NCBI RefSeq assembly: GCF_025526975.1
Contig: NW_026515668.1
Span: 1,240,001-1,304,000 of the forward strand
DNA length: 64,000 bases
From: Fimicolochytrium jonesii
Taxonomy: Eukaryota
Direction of reading: 5' to 3'
Positions 59,170 through 64,000 of the stretch are shown here, piece after piece (within the stretch, counting starts at the first letter, position 1; the number at the start of each line of letters is the position of its first letter). Under the pieces are notes generated by a model that was not told where the DNA came from, did no database searches, and saw nothing but the letters and a program-made list of their open reading frames with translations. The position numbers and the translations under genes were made by a program.

Positions 59170-62100
59170 TCAACCATCACCGCCGACCGCTTTGACCGAC
59201 GGCTCCCTGCCGCCAGCGCTCCCTGCCACGGCTTCTGCGGTTTTCGACTCTGCCGCGCGGGTCGCTGCACTTGTGGCCGCCGGTGGTTTCCGTCCACCGG
59301 CCACCCAGCTGGCCATGTCGCCCAGAGGGGCCGCCCAGCCTTCCGTGCCCTGTCAGCAGGGGTGGGGGGGGGGGGGGGGTTAGCATTTGCCATCCATCAG
59401 CAACCGGCGCGCGCGGTCTTACCCCTTGATCCTTGCCCACGGCCGTGATGTTCGAGGCTTTCCCGTGCAGAATGGTCCACATGATCGTCCAGCGCGCAAC
59501 GTTGACCTGACTGGTGGAGTACGTGGCCGGGAGCACAGGCGCCCCCTTCGCATCGCGCTCCCCCACCGTGCCGTGAATAATCCAGCTGGCCATGCAGCAC
59601 AACAGAACCCCGCAGGAGTCCATGTCCTGCTGGCGGGGGTGCGACACATAGATGGGGGGGGGGACGTGGGCCCACCTGCCGGCATAAACCCACAGTGGAT
59701 CATGTACCGCACCCTGCCCATGATGCGCCAGCGAATGTCCTCGGTCCATGCGGCCGCGTTCATTTTCCCCGATCGCTTGCCGAACATGGAGTCGTAAAAG
59801 TAATGCCGGCCATCCGCCTGTTATGGACGACGCGTCCATACCATGCGCTTACCTCATGACAGCATCCCAACAGTCAGTCAATGTCAATTCCCTGTCAAAA
59901 CCTGACATCTGCCAAACCTCGCAGCAGCACGCAGCCGCGCTACCCCACACCTGCCACTGCCTTCATTTCTCCACGCAGCCGCACGTAGCCACACCTCCCA
60001 ACACTCGGCGCTTACAAACCCTTCTCCATACTTCCCCACGTACCCGCCGACAGCCTCAGCGTAGCCACCCCATCCCCAGTCTTCTGTTTCTATGCTTCCC
60101 CACCCTTGGCGCTTCTCTTGGCTTCCCTCTCATTCCGTACCCTTCTGCTTCCCCACGCTTCCCCAGCCTTCCCAGAAAAACATAAATAGCCGCCTCCCCT
60201 GAGCTCCCCACTTCCTGATCCCCCAGCAGATCAACACCAGTTCTTCCTAGTCTTGTTCTAGTTCTTGTTTCGGTCTGAATACCATTACCTGTCAACAACC
60301 TGCACCACAAGTCGCCTCTATTTCCATCGGCTCCGCCCATTCATAACACCGCCCAGTCATACCAGTACGAGGCGAAATGGTTGCGGTTTCTGTGGAGGAT
60401 GAAGTGGGCAACGTCGGGTTCTGCTGGCGACTGTGGAGGGGGCTTGTTAGCGCGGGATGTGCGGCAGTGCCGCGAGAATGTACGGCACTTACCGGGTGAA
60501 TGTATGCGGGAGCCAAGCACCCCTCCCCAATCAGCAGCGCCTCGCCCGCCGTCCACATGCGTCGTAGGGGTTGCCCTGTCTCCCTCTGGGTCACGGCCGC
60601 CGACTTCGCCAGGGTGTCGACGTACGTGTATATCGTGGTCAGCGACAGCCGATTGCTTGCGCTCTTTGGCCCGCCGGCCATGTTCCCCACTAGGCTGGCC
60701 ATGTCGGGCGCGCCCATCCACCCGCTCCCCGCCTCCTTCAGGTTTGGGTAGAGGCCAAGCACGGTCGGCGGCAGAGTGAAGGGGCCGACGTCGCCATACT
60801 GGGCCAGGCGTGCGCACTCGTCCATCACAGCCTGTGGCGGCATCCAGAAGCCGGGCATCTCGCCGTGGCCGGTGGCGCGCGCATAGGGCACCACTGAGGC
60901 AGGCTTCGGCAGGCCCAACCCCCTCTCCACCTCCGCCCATGACTTTGGACACCCTTTGCATTGAATCCGATGCTCGTCAGCGGCGCCACCTGCCAGTGCT
61001 CGCGCGCCTCGGTGTTGCCAAGCAAGTACTCCTCCCCTTTGGCCAGTTTCGGTGCGGCCAGCTTGGGTTTGGGTGCCCGTCGTTTTGCCTCTCGTCTCCC
61101 CTGCGCAGATACCCCGCGTTAGCGCAGCACCGCGGCAACGTCCACTCACCCAACTCATACCTGCTTTGCCGCTTCCTGCATGCGCGCGTAAATGTCATCT
61201 GCGACGCCCCTGTAGCCTTCCCATATGCGGTCCGCCGCCTTCCCCAAAGTTGCCACGTTTTGCCTGATCGCATTCTTGCCCCCTTTCCCGCCATTAGCCT
61301 CTGAGCGCGCAAGCTTTTGAATAGGTGCATGGTTTCGTCGAGCAGCTTTGAGGCCTCGGGGCCGCCTGTGGCTTTGTACCTCCCCTTGAACCCTCCGTGA
61401 TAGTCCGCCGTTTGGCGGGCCTGGGTCAGGCGAAGAGATAGCGTGGCCATATCCTCCGCCCAATTCCTATCCCTGTCCGACCCCTCCTCGTCCGACCCCT
61501 CCTCCTCCGACCCCTCCTCCTCCGCGGCTGCAGTGGGCCTGGCCCCCTTCTCGGGGGGCGCTTGCTCCGGCTCCCCCTCCTCTGCGCGCTTGCGCTTCCC
61601 AGCCTCAGCCTCCCCCGGCGCCTTCTCCGCTGCCTTCTCCGCCGTCTTCTCTGCCACCTCCTCCCCCACCCCCTCCGCCGCCTCCATGGCCACCTTCCCC
61701 GATGCCCCCTCGCCGACCCCGCTGACTGGGGAGCCAGAAAGCGCCTCGATCTGAGCAGCCGTGGGCCCTGCCCCCTCCCAGCCGTTCTTGGTCACGCCGG
61801 GCACCGATGCCAGCGGGTCCCCGGGCCTTTCTTCCGCGAAAAGGTCGTCGATGCTCACGTCCTCGCGCCGACGGAGCTGAATGCAGTCCCAGTACAGCGA
61901 GAAGCTTGCCACTTCCTCCTTGCTTGCGGTCTTGCCAAAGGTGTGGCCATACAGCGAGTACGGCGGCCAGCCCACGACAAGGAGGGGGTTTGTCAGCGCG
62001 CGGATCAGGGCCAAGGCGTGCGCCTGATGTCCCTGCCGGATGCACTGTTGTACTTGTCCCGAAGTGCGTCGCGGAGGCCCTCTCTGTTTTTCCAGATGGG

Positions 62101-63085
62101 CACGATGGGCGCCAGGGGTTTGCCTGCGCGGGGTGGGCGGAGCCAGAGACGACTTGGCTACGAGCGCTAGCGCGGCGGGTGACGTTAACGCGGGTCACGC
62201 ACCTTCTTTTTCATCCCCGTCTTTTTTAGCCCTGTGTTTTCTCTTCCCCCCATTTTTCTCCCCCTCAACAAACAGGGAGCCCACGTAGGTGTCCACAGCA
62301 CGCCGGGCTGCGCGGGCGGTGTCGACGGGCTGCCCCATCAGGTCCCCCGCCACGATCCGCGCTGTGTCGTCGCAGTCCGTGACCAGGTAGCTGCGGCCTG
62401 CGCTCCGAGAGGATGCAACGATGAGTCGGAGGGGCTCGCCGGCCAGTCTGCAGATCTCGACCAAGCTCTGGGCGGCTGTGATGAGCGCCCCCTCGGCGAC
62501 GACGACGTCCGCGATGGTCGCCGATATGCTCCCCACGTCGTCGCGGAGCGCCCTCCTGTTGTCGGGGTCCAGCTGGTCGACCAACGCCCGCGCGAGGCTA
62601 CGTTGTGCGCTGTGGCCAAGCAAGTTGGCGGTCCCGGGCCTAGCCTCCGCACCGGCAGCCTCCCTCATCCGCCCCATGTCGACGTCGGCCGTTTTCCGAG
62701 CTTCCGCCATGTCCGCCATGCTCAATGACCTGAACCGATCAGCGGGGTCGCCCGCCCGTAGAAGCTGCAGCATTCGGTTGACCATTCTTGTCTTCTCTTG
62801 CTGAAGGATGCGTTTGGCGGACTTTCCACTGCGCTTCTTGGGCGCGGCGCTCGCCCCCTCCTCCCCAGCCTCCTCCTCAGCGCGCCCCTCCTCCTCAGCG
62901 CACCCCTCCTCCTCCGCGTCGCCCTCCTCCCCCCCTTCCTGCTCATGCTCGCTCCCCTCGTCGCCGACGGCAAGTAGCACGCTGGTGGCCATGTCCGCCA
63001 GCGCCTCCTCGCTCTCGACGTCAGAGTCGGAGCCATCAGCGGCCTTGTCGGCGGCCTCCGCCACCTTCGACCGGCGGGCCGGCAT
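59170..63085 (-). pseudogene. Decayed GC-rich multi-exon gene ending in an Ulp1/SENP (C48) cysteine-protease domain, interrupted by a solo LTR
   Basis: Removing the LTR and one TSD restores HRNRNHFASYWYDWADGRHYFYDSM (His, Asp). QQDMDSCGV (Gln, Cys) follows a frameshift at the G10 run 59654-59663. Several GT-AG introns with CTAAC; further frameshifts near 61310 and 60940. Confidence 0.7.
59819..60348 (+). mobile_element. Solo LTR of the same chromovirus family
   Basis: 530 bp, reverse complement of 20039-20567 with about 3 substitutions and 1 insertion; 5-bp TSD CCGCC (59814-59818 and 60349-60353). Confidence 0.97.
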
Positions 63086-63331
63086 CTAGAAAAAGCAGTG
63101 GATATGCATGTGTCGTTAGCGCCCGCGCGCGGCAGTGCCATATATATGCCCGCTCCACACACCGCCCGCGGTAGCGCCTCCCCGCCCGCGCTATCGCATC
63201 CTTATGGCGAGTCTGTGGTGAGGCTATATATATATGCCAGCTGCACACCCCCATACCTCGCCGGCCGCTTCCATGTTTGACCGGCTAGGGCCGGGCGCCT
63301 TTGCCGCCGCTTGGCTGCGAGTCTCCATCTT

Positions 63332-63395
63332 TGTGTGGGTGTGTGGGTGCGCGTGTGTGTGTGAGTGTGTGTGGGTGTGTGTGTGGGGGTGGGTG
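63332..63395 (+). repeat. Imperfect (GT)n microsatellite
   Basis: TGTGTGGGTGTGTGGGTGCGCGTGTGTGTGTGAGTGTGTGTGGG... Confidence 0.85.
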
Positions 63396-63701
63396 TTTCT
63401 CCGCCTTCCAGAGCCGGCCGCACTTAGCTGCTTAGCCAATCCGCTGGAGGTGGCGCAGTCGCGGCGCAGCCGTGGCTTGCCGGTCACATGTCCACACTGC
63501 TGCTGTGATGATCGCCGCATCTCCAGGACCACACTGCCACACGAAACGTCAAGCGCTTGCAGCGGACGACAGCCCCCCGGCCAGCGCCTCCTTCCAGCTC
63601 AAGCCCGGCAACTCACACAGAGCACGCTCCGACAATGCTCAGCGCTGACGAGGTGAGTGGCCGCTGTGTAGCCGTGGGCGTCTCTGCCGGGTGTTGACCG
63701 C

Positions 63702-64000
63702 CTGATCCCGCAGCCCATGCTGAGCACGACCGCCGCTTGCGGGAGGTCGACCGGCATGGGGTGCGCTGTCTGGGCGTGTTTGCTATCCGCTGATCCCGCC
63801 GCCCATGCTGAGCACGACCGCCGCTTGCGGGAGGTCGACCGGCATGGGGTGCGCTGTCTGGGCGTGTTTGCTATCCGCTGATCCCGCAGCCCATGCTGAG
63901 CACGACCGCCGCTTGCGGGAGGTCGACCGGCATGGGGTGCGCTGTCTGGGCATGTTTGCTATCCGCTGATCCCGCAGCCCATGCTGAGCACGACCGCCGC
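63702..64000 (+). repeat. 88-bp GC-rich tandem repeat, at least 3.4 copies, runs off the right edge
   Basis: Unit CTGATCCCGCAGCCCATGCTGAGCACGACCGCC...GCTATCCG starts at 63702, 63790, 63878 and 63966. Confidence 0.95.

Noticed and set aside
59364..59379. G16 run as a G-quadruplex or poly-Pro coding signal
   Set aside because: On the minus strand it is the pyrimidine tract between CTAAC and CAG of an intron in the Ulp1-like gene.
63702..64000. CRISPR array or hammerhead ribozyme array
   Set aside because: Units are entirely repeated with no unique spacers and the context is eukaryotic. CTGAT is not followed by the GA...GAAA hammerhead core.

Overview
Eukaryotic, intron-rich genomic DNA: short 50-90 nt GT-AG introns with CTAAC/CTGAC branch sites and TTAGGG-type telomeric motifs. 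It is most likely an early-diverging fungus, probably a chytrid (inference). About 15 ordinary host genes are present: phospholipase D, M13 peptidase, an SDR, SEN1 helicase, SCAMP, casein kinase I, a PB1 protein, a CYP51-like P450, a DUF4211 protein, MFSD5, a Whi2-like BTB protein and several hypotheticals. Two accessory islands interrupt them. Island 1 (~14.0-29.6 kb) is bracketed by a short inverted repeat. It carries an intact TET/JBP-type 2OG-Fe(II) dioxygenase, a decayed SprT(Spartan)-Josephin fusion gene with both active sites altered, and a Harbinger-like MITE. A very young chromodomain Ty3/gypsy element has inserted into that MITE, and it shows a Tf1-like self-priming PBS and a -1 frameshift slippery site plus pseudoknot. 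Island 2 (~58.7 kb to the window end) begins with telomeric repeats, carries a decayed Ulp1/SENP protease gene split by a solo LTR of the same chromovirus, and ends in an 88-bp hairpin-forming tandem repeat. A 337-bp MITE with an 8-bp TSD and internal TTAGGG repeats, and an APH-like pseudogene, lie between the islands. All calls are from manual motif recognition; no database searches were run.
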